NCBI GenBank assembly: GCA_963840855.1
Contig: CAWJBB010000024.1
Span: forward strand, 16,901-80,900
Source of the DNA: an uncultured delta proteobacterium
GTDB lineage: Bacteria > Desulfobacterota > Binatia > UBA9968
Direction: 5' to 3'
Length of the DNA: 64,000 nucleotides
The notes under the pieces were generated by a model that did no database searches, was not told the origin of the DNA, and saw only the letters and a list, made by a program, of their open reading frames with translations. The position numbers and the translations under genes are program-made. Positions 52,850-61,803 of this stretch are shown in pieces (the stretch's first letter is position 1; every line of letters begins with the position of its first letter).

Positions 52850-53874
52850 ATGAAAAAACTCTCCGTGCCGTTTATTCTTTGTCTGCTGGCCTGTTTGCCG
52901 GCTGCACATGCCCAGGCGCCTTTTTACCAGGGAAAAACCATCAAGGTCATCATTGGCACGCCGCCGGGAAACCTCTACGACCTGTGGGGGCGGCTCATTG
53001 TCACGTACATGGGTAAGCATATTCCGGGAAACCCAGATTTCATCGTGCAGAATATGCCCGGCGCGGGCCATGTAGTCGCGGTGAATCATCTTTATAGCAA
53101 TGTAAAACCAGATGGCTTGACGATCATCGGTTCAGTTATCCTTCGCTGTATCTAAATCAGTTGCTCGGCAGACAGAGATCCAGTTCGACTGGGCGAAGTT
53201 CACCTGGATCGGTTCGCCGGCCCGCGGCGACACCCAATGTACATCGCGCGGACACGCCTTATAAAACTATCGAAGATGTCCTTACGGCCAAAGAGCCGCC
53301 CAAATGCGGCGCGACAGGAGTGACAGGGCCAGATTCTTACCTGCCCAAACTATTACAAGATACCGTAGGTGCTAAGTTCGCCATCGTTACCGGCTATCCC
53401 GGCGGTACAGACATCGACCTCGCGGTGGAGCGCGGCGAGATTCAGTGCCGCTCATTTACATCGAGGCTTTTTTGGCCGCGAGCCGTACCATACATGGCGT
53501 AAGACGAATTTTGTTCGACACATGTTTCAGACAGGAAGCAAGAGGGATGAACGGATGCCGGATGTTCCCACCATCGCCGAAATCATGGATCGTACAAGAC
53601 TCCAGAGTCGGGAAGGCGTCTGAGCAAGGTGCTGCTCGCTGCCGGCGACATGGGCCGGCCCATGTTCGGTCCTCCGGGATGCCGGCGGATCGCCTGAAAA
53701 TTCTGAGCGACGCGTACGATAAGACGATGAAAGACCAGCAGTTTCGTGCGGAAGTGAAAAAGCGGAACTATGAATTCGATCCAGTCGGCGGCGAAGAATT
53801 GGATAAACTCGCTAAAGACGTAATGGTCCAGCCGCGGATATCATCGAGCGTTGAAGAAAGTCCTGGGGAATTAG
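52850..53874 (+). CDS. tctC: Tripartite tricarboxylate transporter substrate-binding protein (TctC/Bug), several frameshifts
   Basis: FYQGKTIKVII, HIPGNP..IVQNMPGAG, KPDGLT, GYPGGTDIDLAVERGEI, PDVPT. Confidence 0.82.
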
Positions 53875-53994
53875 GATGAGTCCGCGGCGGCAACCGCGGC
53901 GAAGCGAGTTTGCCGTCATGATAATCCTACGCCGCCACGGCAGTCGCCCGGCGCGGCGCTCCTGCGTCCTCCGATCCAATCAGGTCGTGACTGT

Positions 53995-55168
53995 CTATCG
54001 ATAGCGCCCCAAGTAAGCCACGGCGTCGATCTCGACAAGACAACCAGGGGACAACTCGACGACCTCGAGAGTAAGACCCGCGGGAGTGTCGTTGCACGGT
54101 GCTTGAAGAAGTTGCAATACGCGCCGGCAAACTCGTTGCGGTTTTGTCCAGCCGTTAAATACACGGTTGTTTTCACCACGTTGTCCAAGGTTCCCCCGGC
54201 TTCCTCGACGATTTGCTGCACATGGCGCAGCGTAATTTCCGTTTGCCCCTCCAGATCGCCCTCTGCTAGCACCTCGCGTTGGAACCCCACCGCGTCTTGA
54301 CCAGCAATCAACAGCCAGTCGCCGACCCGCTCGGCCTGCGAAAAAGAGCCGGGAGATTTTCTTACCTTGGGGCTGGCGACGATCTGTTTCTCGCCGCGAT
54401 AGGCAATTGCGACGGAGCGGAGCAGGATATCTTCCCCCAAATCGCGAATATAAATTCCGGAGTTGGGCGGAAACTCGTCCGCAGAAAAGATTCCCGCGTA
54501 AACGGCTCTGCGCGCTTCGCCATAGCCCGGCCGATAATCCGTGCTCGGCATAAACATGAACGTGCGGCAGAGATCGCGCAGCGAAAAATCCTGTCGGCCC
54601 AGGATATCGTTGATTCGGCCGAGAACTTCGGTTGTTTGCGTCTGGATTGCAATCGGCGGTGAAATTCTCCCATCACCATCAGCGGCGTCGACACGGACAA
54701 AAAGACAAAATTTCCGACGCGTACTCCGTGGCATCGGCTGCCGCGAGCCAGTGGCAATTCGCGCAGGTGAAAATACTGGCGGTCTCCGGTCGCCGTCGCG
54801 ATCGCGTCCATGCGCACGCGACAGTTGCCGTCGAGGCCCGCGATGCCGACCAGCGTCGCCGCGGGGCGGGTTTCGCCATCTTTCCCGAAGGCCGCGTCCA
54901 AGACTTCGCAAACCAGCCCAGCGTCCGAGTAGTCAGGCAAATAGACCATCAGGCTGACGACGTCTGTGAGATTCATATCTGCGGTTTTGCGCGCGGCGAC
55001 AAGATTTTCCACGGTTTGCCGCGCTTGATCACGGGTGCTTTCGTCGGTAAGAGCGCCGTGCGAAAGCCGAGCGTCTTCAGCCACGAAGGCAAATTCCCCG
55101 GCGACAAAACCTTGGGAAAAGAGTCCTGGTTCCAGGTGGATTTGTTCGTCATGGATAATCTTTGCCAT
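53995..55168 (-). CDS. Three-domain Rid (YjgF/YER057c/UK114) family protein, two frameshifts
   Basis: Three consecutive units (FSQGFVAG...RMDAIA; GVRVGNFVFLS...RSVAIA; FSQAERVG...VEIDAVAY*). Confidence 0.78.
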
Positions 55169-55277
55169 CCGAGACTCCTCGAGAATATGTTAGCTGGCTT
55201 TGATATAGGTAGTGGTGAGCGCACCTGAACTATATCAATGAAGCTCAGCATTGATAATAGATCGGCGAAGAATGGAT

Positions 55278-55981
55278 TTACAGGCTGACCGCCACAAAGT
55301 CACTGAGATCGGGAAAGCGTTGGATGATGGACCGACGCGCCTGCGCATCGTCCGGATCTCATTCAGCTTTACATGAGCCATTCCTGGCCTCCTTAAACTC
55401 ACCGCCTCCCCCCTCCCCTTCCCCCCCCCCCCCGGCCCCGCCGTTTGAAGAGCACGGTCGTCATGATCGCTCCAGCTTCGGTGCCGCAGTTCAATGACCT
55501 TGGGAAATTCAGCGAAGGCTTCCAGCGTGCGCTCGATGCGCTCGACATTTTCCGGGGCGAAATGGAAACCAGCGGGGTACTGAAACAGCAGCGCTGCAAG
55601 CTTGCCTACTTCCGCCAATGGCATCAACGCGCCGGAAAACAACTCCACGTCATTCGCCGCAAACGGTTCCCAGGGCCGAAGGTCACTGGATTCTCCGCCC
55701 AGCCGTTTGGCGTGCGTGAATTTCTGCCAAGCTTTCACGGCGAATTTGAAATCGTCCGGGGTTCTCGACACCCAGGCGCGCGTCATTGTTGGCTTGGGCG
55801 GGCGGTAAAATGTCGAATTGATCTCCACCAAATTGAAATACGAGGCGTAAAACTCCAGTTCGTTGAGGCGGCGCCCGACCGCCATCGGATAAAATATCTC
55901 GTTCCAACCCCGCGGCGGTCCGCCCGGGTAAGAATAGCCGCAAGTGCCAACGTTAAATTGCCGGTTCGAAGCAGCGGTCAT
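55278..55981 (-). CDS. DUF72 (YecE-like) protein with a garbled or deleted middle at the C-run 55402-55440
   Basis: VGTCGYSY, VEINSTFY, FAVKA, LLFQYP, ELRHRSW; a plausible C-terminus (IQRFPDLSDFVAVSL*) lies beyond the C-run. Confidence 0.75.
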
Positions 55982-56116
55982 ATCTGTAAAGCATTCAAGC
56001 GAAACGCACGCGCCGGTTTGACAAAGTTGATTTGCAACCCCAGGTTTTTTCATCTAAAATATTTTGGTCTTTGGGCCAATCGAATTTCCATCGGAATCTT
56101 TAGGAGGATCGGGTTC

Positions 56117-56932
56117 ATGGCAACCATGATTACGACCGAGTGCATCAACTGCGGCGCCTGCGAGCCGGAGTGCCCCAACAACGCCATTTCGCAGGGCGAA
56201 ACCATTTTTGTCATCGATCCCCTGCTGTGCACCGAGTGCGTGGGTTTTCACGATTATGAAGCCTGCGCCGCCGTCTGTCCGGTGGACTGCTGCGTTACAG
56301 ACCCTAATAACATCGAAAGCGAAGAGGCGCTCATCGCGCGCGCCCGCGTCGTCCACCCCGAAGTCCAGTTCGACGACAATTATGAGTCGCGTTTCCGCAA
56401 GGGGCAAGGAAAAAGCGGCGAGCAGGCAGTGGCAAAAGCGGCTCCAAGTCAGGCTTCCGCTCGGGGCACGGTGGCAAGCGTCGCTGCTCCGGTAGCGACG
56501 GCGGTCGCCTGCGCCGAACCGGAAGTCAATTTTGTGCCGCTCCCCCCAATCGACTCCTGGAAGATTCCACTCCGTTGCCTCAAGTGCGACAAAACCCACG
56601 ACGAGCCTGTGAGCAACTTTATGATCGGCAACGTGATCTTCTGTCCCCACTGCTATAAATCGATAGTGGTGCGGGATAACCTCAACTTTCAAATCCGCAC
56701 CCTTTTGAAAGACTCCTACGCCAAATGGGAGCAGGAGCAAAACGCATTCATTGACCGCAGAGCGCGAGAGCTGGCTGAGTTCAACGAACGGCGCGCCAAA
56801 GAAGCCCAGATCTTCGAAACCCGCCAACAAAAGGAACTGGCGCTGATACGCGAGCAACTTGACGCCATCGGCGAAACCTACGATGCGCCTGGGCGACCAG
56901 TCAAAAAAGGGGCGCGGTTCACCTGGGCCTGA
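56117..56932 (+). CDS. YfhL-like 2[4Fe-4S] ferredoxin fused to a zinc-ribbon and coiled-coil domain
   Basis: CINCGACEPECP, CTECVGF...CAAVCPVDC, then CLKC...CPHC and a charged helical tail; AGGAGG RBS. Confidence 0.85.
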   Translation: MATMITTECINCGACEPECPNNAISQGETIFVIDPLLCTECVGFHDYEACAAVCPVDCCVTDPNNIESEEALIARARVVHPEVQFDDNYESRFRKGQGKSGEQAVAKAAPSQASARGTVASVAAPVATAVACAEPEVNFVPLPPIDSWKIPLRCLKCDKTHDEPVSNFMIGNVIFCPHCYKSIVVRDNLNFQIRTLLKDSYAKWEQEQNAFIDRRARELAEFNERRAKEAQIFETRQQKELALIREQLDAIGETYDAPGRPVKKGARFTWA

Positions 56933-56944
56933 TCTCTCGCTCCC

Positions 56945-57418
56945 ATGCTCAACTCCTGGCTTCACGTCCTGTCCCTGGTCGTCTATCTTGGAGCGGTGCT
57001 CGGATTCTGGTTTGTTCTACTGCCGGCAGTGGCGACCCTCCAGGATCACGAAGACAAAGCGCGGTTCTTAGCCCGCGGCCTAAAGTTCTACAATCCGCTC
57101 CAGGTGGGCGCCCTCGGCGTGTTGCTCTTTAGCGGCGCGTTCCAGTTGACCGAGCTCAAAGCAGCTTACCGTGAGACCTTCGTCCAACAACTAGGCTACC
57201 AATTGGCCATCAAGCTTGCCCTTGCTTTCTTGGTCGTGCTTTTTAGCGTTTATCAGTCTATGGGCATCGGACACAGGTTCGTCAAACGGCATGAAGGCGG
57301 CGATCCAGTCACTGAGCAAGAACTTGACGGTGTGCTGAGGCGGCTCAGGAGCACGAACTGGCTTATCGTTCCCATTGCTTTAATCACCCTATGGTTTGGA
57401 CTGCGTTTGACTAAGTAA
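56945..57418 (+). CDS. Four-TM membrane protein (CopD/DUF4149-like)
   Basis: WLHVLSLVVYLG, LLFSG, LAIKLAL. Confidence 0.7.
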   Translation: MLNSWLHVLSLVVYLGAVLGFWFVLLPAVATLQDHEDKARFLARGLKFYNPLQVGALGVLLFSGAFQLTELKAAYRETFVQQLGYQLAIKLALAFLVVLFSVYQSMGIGHRFVKRHEGGDPVTEQELDGVLRRLRSTNWLIVPIALITLWFGLRLTK

Positions 57419-57519
57419 GCACGGGAATTGCCCGCACAGGAAATTTTACTCAGGTCTCGACCCACGCGGTCAATCCAAGGTCGATGTCAGAATACGGGGA
57501 AGGATAGTCTACATAGCAA

Positions 57520-58040
57520 ATGATTCTTTGAGAGTTATTTATCGTTCCAATTCCCACGCCCCGCTTTGGATCGTCGCGGATAAATCAGGCGCTTGGGCAA
57601 GACACGGGCTGGCGGTCGATAGCTCGCCGCAGTTAGTCCGCGAAAAAGCGGTCGAAGCGCTGAAAAACCGCCATGTCGACGTCATTTCCGGCAATCACCA
57701 CAATCTTTACGTGCGCAACGCCAAAAACGGTGAGGACTTCGTGCACCTGGCCGAGGCGGGCAACGACTGGACGGAAAAACCGGTTGGTGGCGGCAGGCGG
57801 TATCCGTTCGGTTCAAGACCTGGTTGCGGTCGGATGAGGAAGTCAACGCGCTCTACGAGGCATAGACCCGCTGCCTGGAGCGTAAGGGTTATCCATCCGC
57901 CGAGGCCATCGTCAACGTTTTCCAACTCGCCGTGCGCCATAATCCTGAAATCGCCGGTTTCAACCCATTGGCGTTATGGAATACCCATTACCTGCGCGAA
58001 CTTGAGGATCAGCGGCTACATCAACCGTTTATACCAATAA
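57520..58040 (+). pseudogene. ABC substrate-binding protein remnant with an internal deletion
   Basis: N-terminal (SHAPLW...GNHHNLY) and C-terminal (YPSAEAI.NVFQLA...NPLALWNTHYLREL) parts joined at about 57825, with a stop and frameshifts. Confidence 0.6.
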
Positions 58041-58041
58041 A

Positions 58042-58071
58042 AAAAGGCGGAGTCTTACGACTCCGCCTTTT
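58042..58071. terminator. Bidirectional intrinsic terminator
   Basis: AAAAGGCGGAGTC-TTAC-GACTCCGCCTTTT between convergent genes. Confidence 0.85.
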
Positions 58072-58099
58072 CCCACGCCCCCGAAGCGCGTTTCGCCTA

Positions 58100-58879
58100 T
58101 CAATAACTGCGTGTCATCTGTTTGCCATCGGAAACCTGCGAGCCTTTCTGCTCCTGTTGTTGCGGCGCAGCATTCGCGGCGGTGTTAGAATTGATCGCTT
58201 CCCGGTAGACCAGGATTTCGACACGCCGGTTCTTGGCCCGCCCGTCACGGCTATTATTATCGGTGGCCGGAGAGTTTTCACCGTAGGAGACAGTCACGAT
58301 GCGTAGCGGGTCCATCTTCTTTTGCGTCACCAGGTAGCGGCTAACCGCATCGGCCCTGCGCTTGCCGAGTTCATAGTTTAAGTCTTCGGAACCCGCGTTA
58401 TCAGTGTGGCCGGCCACCACAAACACCGCGTTTTCTCCACCCGCCAGATCTCCCTTGAGATCGCTTAGAAAACCATCGATCTCCTTTCTCGCCTGGGGCG
58501 GCAGTGCCGCGGAGTTAAATCCGAAGTTGGCGCCCTCTTTCATATCAACAACCAAGCGGCGTTCGAGCTTCAGGTTGCCCAAGGTTGTCAGCGCCCGCTC
58601 CGCTTTCCCGTCTACTTCGCCCACCTTACCTTCGACGCCGGTGAGCTTGCCTTCGACGCTGCCTAGCTTGCCCTCGGCGGCAGTCATTCTACTGCCCAGT
58701 TGCCCGATCTGGCCTTCCGCTTTTCCAATCCGGTTTTCATTTTCTGACACGCGGCCGGACAACGGGTCCATCTGCTCGCGCACCCAGTCACGGGTTGCCA
58801 AACAGCCGGACAGAAGAAATGCCGCAACCAGCAATCCGCTGTGCCATAATAAACCAGTATTCGCACTAGATCTTTTCAT
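58100..58879 (-). CDS. OmpA-family peptidoglycan-binding lipoprotein with a coiled-coil stalk
   Basis: Lipobox LLSGC, heptad repeats, FGFNSA, GHTDNAGS..N..LGKRRA, NRRVEI. Confidence 0.9.
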   Translation of the reverse strand: MKRSSANTGLLWHSGLLVAAFLLSGCLATRDWVREQMDPLSGRVSENENRIGKAEGQIGQLGSRMTAAEGKLGSVEGKLTGVEGKVGEVDGKAERALTTLGNLKLERRLVVDMKEGANFGFNSAALPPQARKEIDGFLSDLKGDLAGGENAVFVVAGHTDNAGSEDLNYELGKRRADAVSRYLVTQKKMDPLRIVTVSYGENSPATDNNSRDGRAKNRRVEILVYREAINSNTAANAAPQQQEQKGSQVSDGKQMTRSY

Positions 58880-58946
58880 ATAGCCTCCTAATTCTCCTTT
58901 TTTGAGCCTATTTTGCTTTGCTGGACTTTTCCATCTGAATCGATGA

Positions 58947-59423
58947 TTACCGCCCCGCGGCTATTCCGAGATCCTTTCGGCTATAGGCCACGGGACTGCT
59001 TAGTCTTCCAGGTCTGGCTCCATACGAAGCTTGAGGCTTGTCGAACTCCGTGGACATCAGTGCCAATAAGACCGTTGTCGATATAGGCTTGAGCAGACCG
59101 GCAACGTCAAACTGATGCCCTTCGGATTCGACATCTTTTTCAAAACGATCGAGCGCGCCGCTCACATAGATGGTTTTCACCTTGGGATTACTGGAGCGAA
59201 TGCAGCGCATCATCTCGAACCCGTCCATCGCTGGCATTTGAATATCCGTGACCACGAACTCTGTCGGATGATTGAAGTATTCCGCATAGCCTTGGAAGCC
59301 GTCAAAAGCCGTGAAAACTTCATAGCCACGGACACGCAACAAAAGGCTCAGCGTGTGGGCAACATTCTCGTCATCATCTACGACAAGTACGCTATGCGGA
59401 TTTAACCATGAGTTTCGCTCCAA
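58947..59423 (-). CDS. Single-domain response regulator (CheY-like); true start possibly the ATG at 59409 with a homopolymer error
   Basis: VLVVDDD, TDIQMPAMDG, SG, KP. Confidence 0.85.
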   Translation of the reverse strand: MERNSWLNPHSVLVVDDDENVAHTLSLLLRVRGYEVFTAFDGFQGYAEYFNHPTEFVVTDIQMPAMDGFEMMRCIRSSNPKVKTIYVSGALDRFEKDVESEGHQFDVAGLLKPISTTVLLALMSTEFDKPQASYGARPGRLSSPVAYSRKDLGIAAGR

Positions 59424-59442
59424 AATCGCCGGTTAATATTAG

Positions 59443-59458
59443 AGCAAATCACATACCA
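59443..59458 (-). promoter_or_regulatory. Sigma-54 -24/-12 promoter
   Basis: TGGTATGTGATTTGCT has exact GG-N10-GC spacing, follows an AT-rich tract and points into the response regulator and OmpA genes. Confidence 0.7.
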
Positions 59459-59803
59459 CGGCAAAATGAAGTTCTATCTAATTGTATTTCTGGGTTTTAC
59501 CAAATCATTGTTGAATTGTTAACGAGCGAATGAAGGAATTTCCTTCACTGCAATGAAGTAAATTAGAAGACAAATTGAGGGATTCAACCATCTAATTGTT
59601 AACAAACTTTACGTCCTTCACAAACCAAACCCGGTTACAACCATATCGGGATCAAACAATCCGAATGCGAAAACCAATTTGGCATAGTCAAGCGCATCAG
59701 CACGCAGAACCCGGCAACATGCGGGTTCTTCACGCCGTCCCTAACACAATGTTGGAAGACGATCTGGCCGCGAAGTTCGATAAGTTGAAAAGTTCAGTTG
59801 GCA

Positions 59804-61228
59804 TCAGATCGTAAAGGTGGGTTTAACTTTCTTGAATTCATCTACTTTCAGTTGATGTTTTTTTAGCAGATCATAGAAATCCGCACGGTATTTGCCGGCT
59901 AGCTTCGCCGCTTGACTGACGTTTCCCTCCGTCAAGGCAAGCACCTGCACCAGATAGTCTCGCTCGAAGGCGTCGCGCGCGTCCTTGAGAGGCTTGATCA
60001 TTTCATCCGTAGGCGACGCCCGATCCTGCGTCGACGATTTTTCCTCCTCCCGCACATTGATCTTCGTCGGCAACACATAGTCTTCGGTGATGGTGTCCTT
60101 CTGCGTCATTGCCACGGCGTATTCAATCGCATTCTCCAACTCGCGCACGTTGCCCGGCCAGTCGTGGAGCATCATTTTTCTCAACGCCTCAGGCGCAATC
60201 GCCTTGACGTCTCTTTTCATCTGCACGATACATTTTTTGAGGAAGTGATCAGCCAGTGGAAGGATATCCTCTTTGCGCTCGCGCAGGGGCGGCAGATAAA
60301 TCGGAATCACATGAATCCGGTAAAACAGATCATCGCGAAACAAACCTTTTTTAACTTGCTCTTCAAGATCCTTGTTTGTCGCAACGATCACGCGCACATC
60401 GACTTCGACAGGGGCCTGGCTGCCAACGGGATAAAATTGACGCTCTTGCAATGCGCGCAAGAGCTTGGACTGAGTCGCCAGCGGCATGTCTCCTATTTCA
60501 TCCAAGAACAAAGTTCCGCCATGAGCCTGGGTAAACAATCCCTTGGTAGTTTTGACCGCGCCCGTGAAGGCGCCTTTTTCATGTCCGAAAAGCTCACTTT
60601 CCAAGAGCGATTCAGGCAACGCCGCGCAGTTCAAGGCGACAAAATTCTGGTCTTTTCTATCGCTCGCTATGTGAATGGCTTTGGCGATGAGCTCCTTACC
60701 AGTACCGCTCTCGCCCTGGACGTGAACTGTGGAGTCGAGCTTGGCGATGCGCATGACAATGTCCAGCACGGACCGCATTTTTGCGCTCCGCGCCACAATA
60801 TTCGCAAAATCGAAGCGCTCTTCCACGAGCCCCTTGAGCCGTTTGATCTCCGAGTTGAGCCGGCGGTGCTCCAGCGCCCGTTCGATCTGCGCCAATAGAT
60901 CCCGCGGTTCGAACGGCTTGGTGAGATAGCCGTAAGCGCCTTTGCGCATCGCCTCCACGGCGGTTTCAATGGTGCCATGGGCAGTAAGTATGATCGTCGG
61001 AACATCCGGGGTGATAGCATGGACGCTTTCCATGAGCGAAATGCCATCTCGATTTTCCAACATCAGGTCGAACAAACAGAGGTCCACCGGCTCTGCCTTG
61101 ACCGCGTCGATGGCGTCCTCTTCCTTCTGAGCGGCGGTTACGTCGTAACCAGCGGACTCGAGTCTCATTTTCACTAGCTCGATGATATTCGGATCATCAT
61201 CGACGACCAGGATTCTATTCATCGCCAT
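59804..61228 (-). CDS. Sigma-54-dependent response regulator (NtrC family, GlrR/QseF-like)
   Basis: Receiver domain, GESGTGKE, GAFTGA, FLDEIG, WPGNVREL, HTH AAKLAGKYRADFYDLLKKH. Confidence 0.93.
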   Translation of the reverse strand: MAMNRILVVDDDPNIIELVKMRLESAGYDVTAAQKEEDAIDAVKAEPVDLCLFDLMLENRDGISLMESVHAITPDVPTIILTAHGTIETAVEAMRKGAYGYLTKPFEPRDLLAQIERALEHRRLNSEIKRLKGLVEERFDFANIVARSAKMRSVLDIVMRIAKLDSTVHVQGESGTGKELIAKAIHIASDRKDQNFVALNCAALPESLLESELFGHEKGAFTGAVKTTKGLFTQAHGGTLFLDEIGDMPLATQSKLLRALQERQFYPVGSQAPVEVDVRVIVATNKDLEEQVKKGLFRDDLFYRIHVIPIYLPPLRERKEDILPLADHFLKKCIVQMKRDVKAIAPEALRKMMLHDWPGNVRELENAIEYAVAMTQKDTITEDYVLPTKINVREEEKSSTQDRASPTDEMIKPLKDARDAFERDYLVQVLALTEGNVSQAAKLAGKYRADFYDLLKKHQLKVDEFKKVKPTFTI

Positions 61229-61238
61229 AATCGTTGCA

Positions 61239-61803
61239 TTACCTCGTGCGGTCCCGTTTTCTTTCTTCGATTTCGATATCCACCCGCTTTAGCTTCTCCA
61301 CGCTATCAAGTACACCGACCCAAATTTTTGCCTGTTCGACCCACGGACTTTCGGGATAACTCTTGATCACGCGGCTGAAAAACCCGATGGCCCTTTTGTT
61401 GTCCTTTTTCGGATTGTTGGGATGGGCGTAGATAAGTCCCATGTGAAACACCGCGGCATCCGCCGGGGCGTTGTCTTTGGCCAACGTCAGCACCTTTTGA
61501 CTCTCTCTCAATGAGCTTTCATAATCCCCTTTGCCCAGCAATTGTTGAGCTAACTGCAAGTGCGCGTCCGCCTCGCGTAGTTCTCGAATTTCTTTGGGTT
61601 CCACCGGCGGCGCAGGTGGGGGAGGCGCGGGCGGCGGAGGCGCGGGCGGGGGGGGGTGGCAGCCGCTCGATAATCACCTGCGGCGGCAAAGGCTCCGGCT
61701 CTGGGGCGCTTGGCGCGCCAAAAAGCGCGCAGCCCGAGCCGAACATCATGAAGGTAAAACAAAAAAGAAGGTGCTTCCTCGTTCCGCCTGATTTTCCGCC
61801 CAT
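61239..61803 (-). CDS. TPR-containing lipoprotein (QseG/YfhG-like position), frameshift in the Pro-rich C/G runs
   Basis: MGGKSGGTRKHLLFCFTFMMFGSGC lipobox overlapping the kinase 3' end, Pro-rich linker, TPR-like AVFHMGLIYAHPNNPKKD...YPESPW. Confidence 0.75.

Noticed and set aside
55445-56116. N-terminal 224-aa extension of the ferredoxin ORF
   Set aside because: Antisense to DUF72; the real start is the ATG at 56117 behind an AGGAGG RBS
59679-59696. TGGCATAGTCAAGCGCA as a + strand sigma-54 promoter
   Set aside because: GG-to-GC spacing is off by one, and there is no gene downstream on that strand
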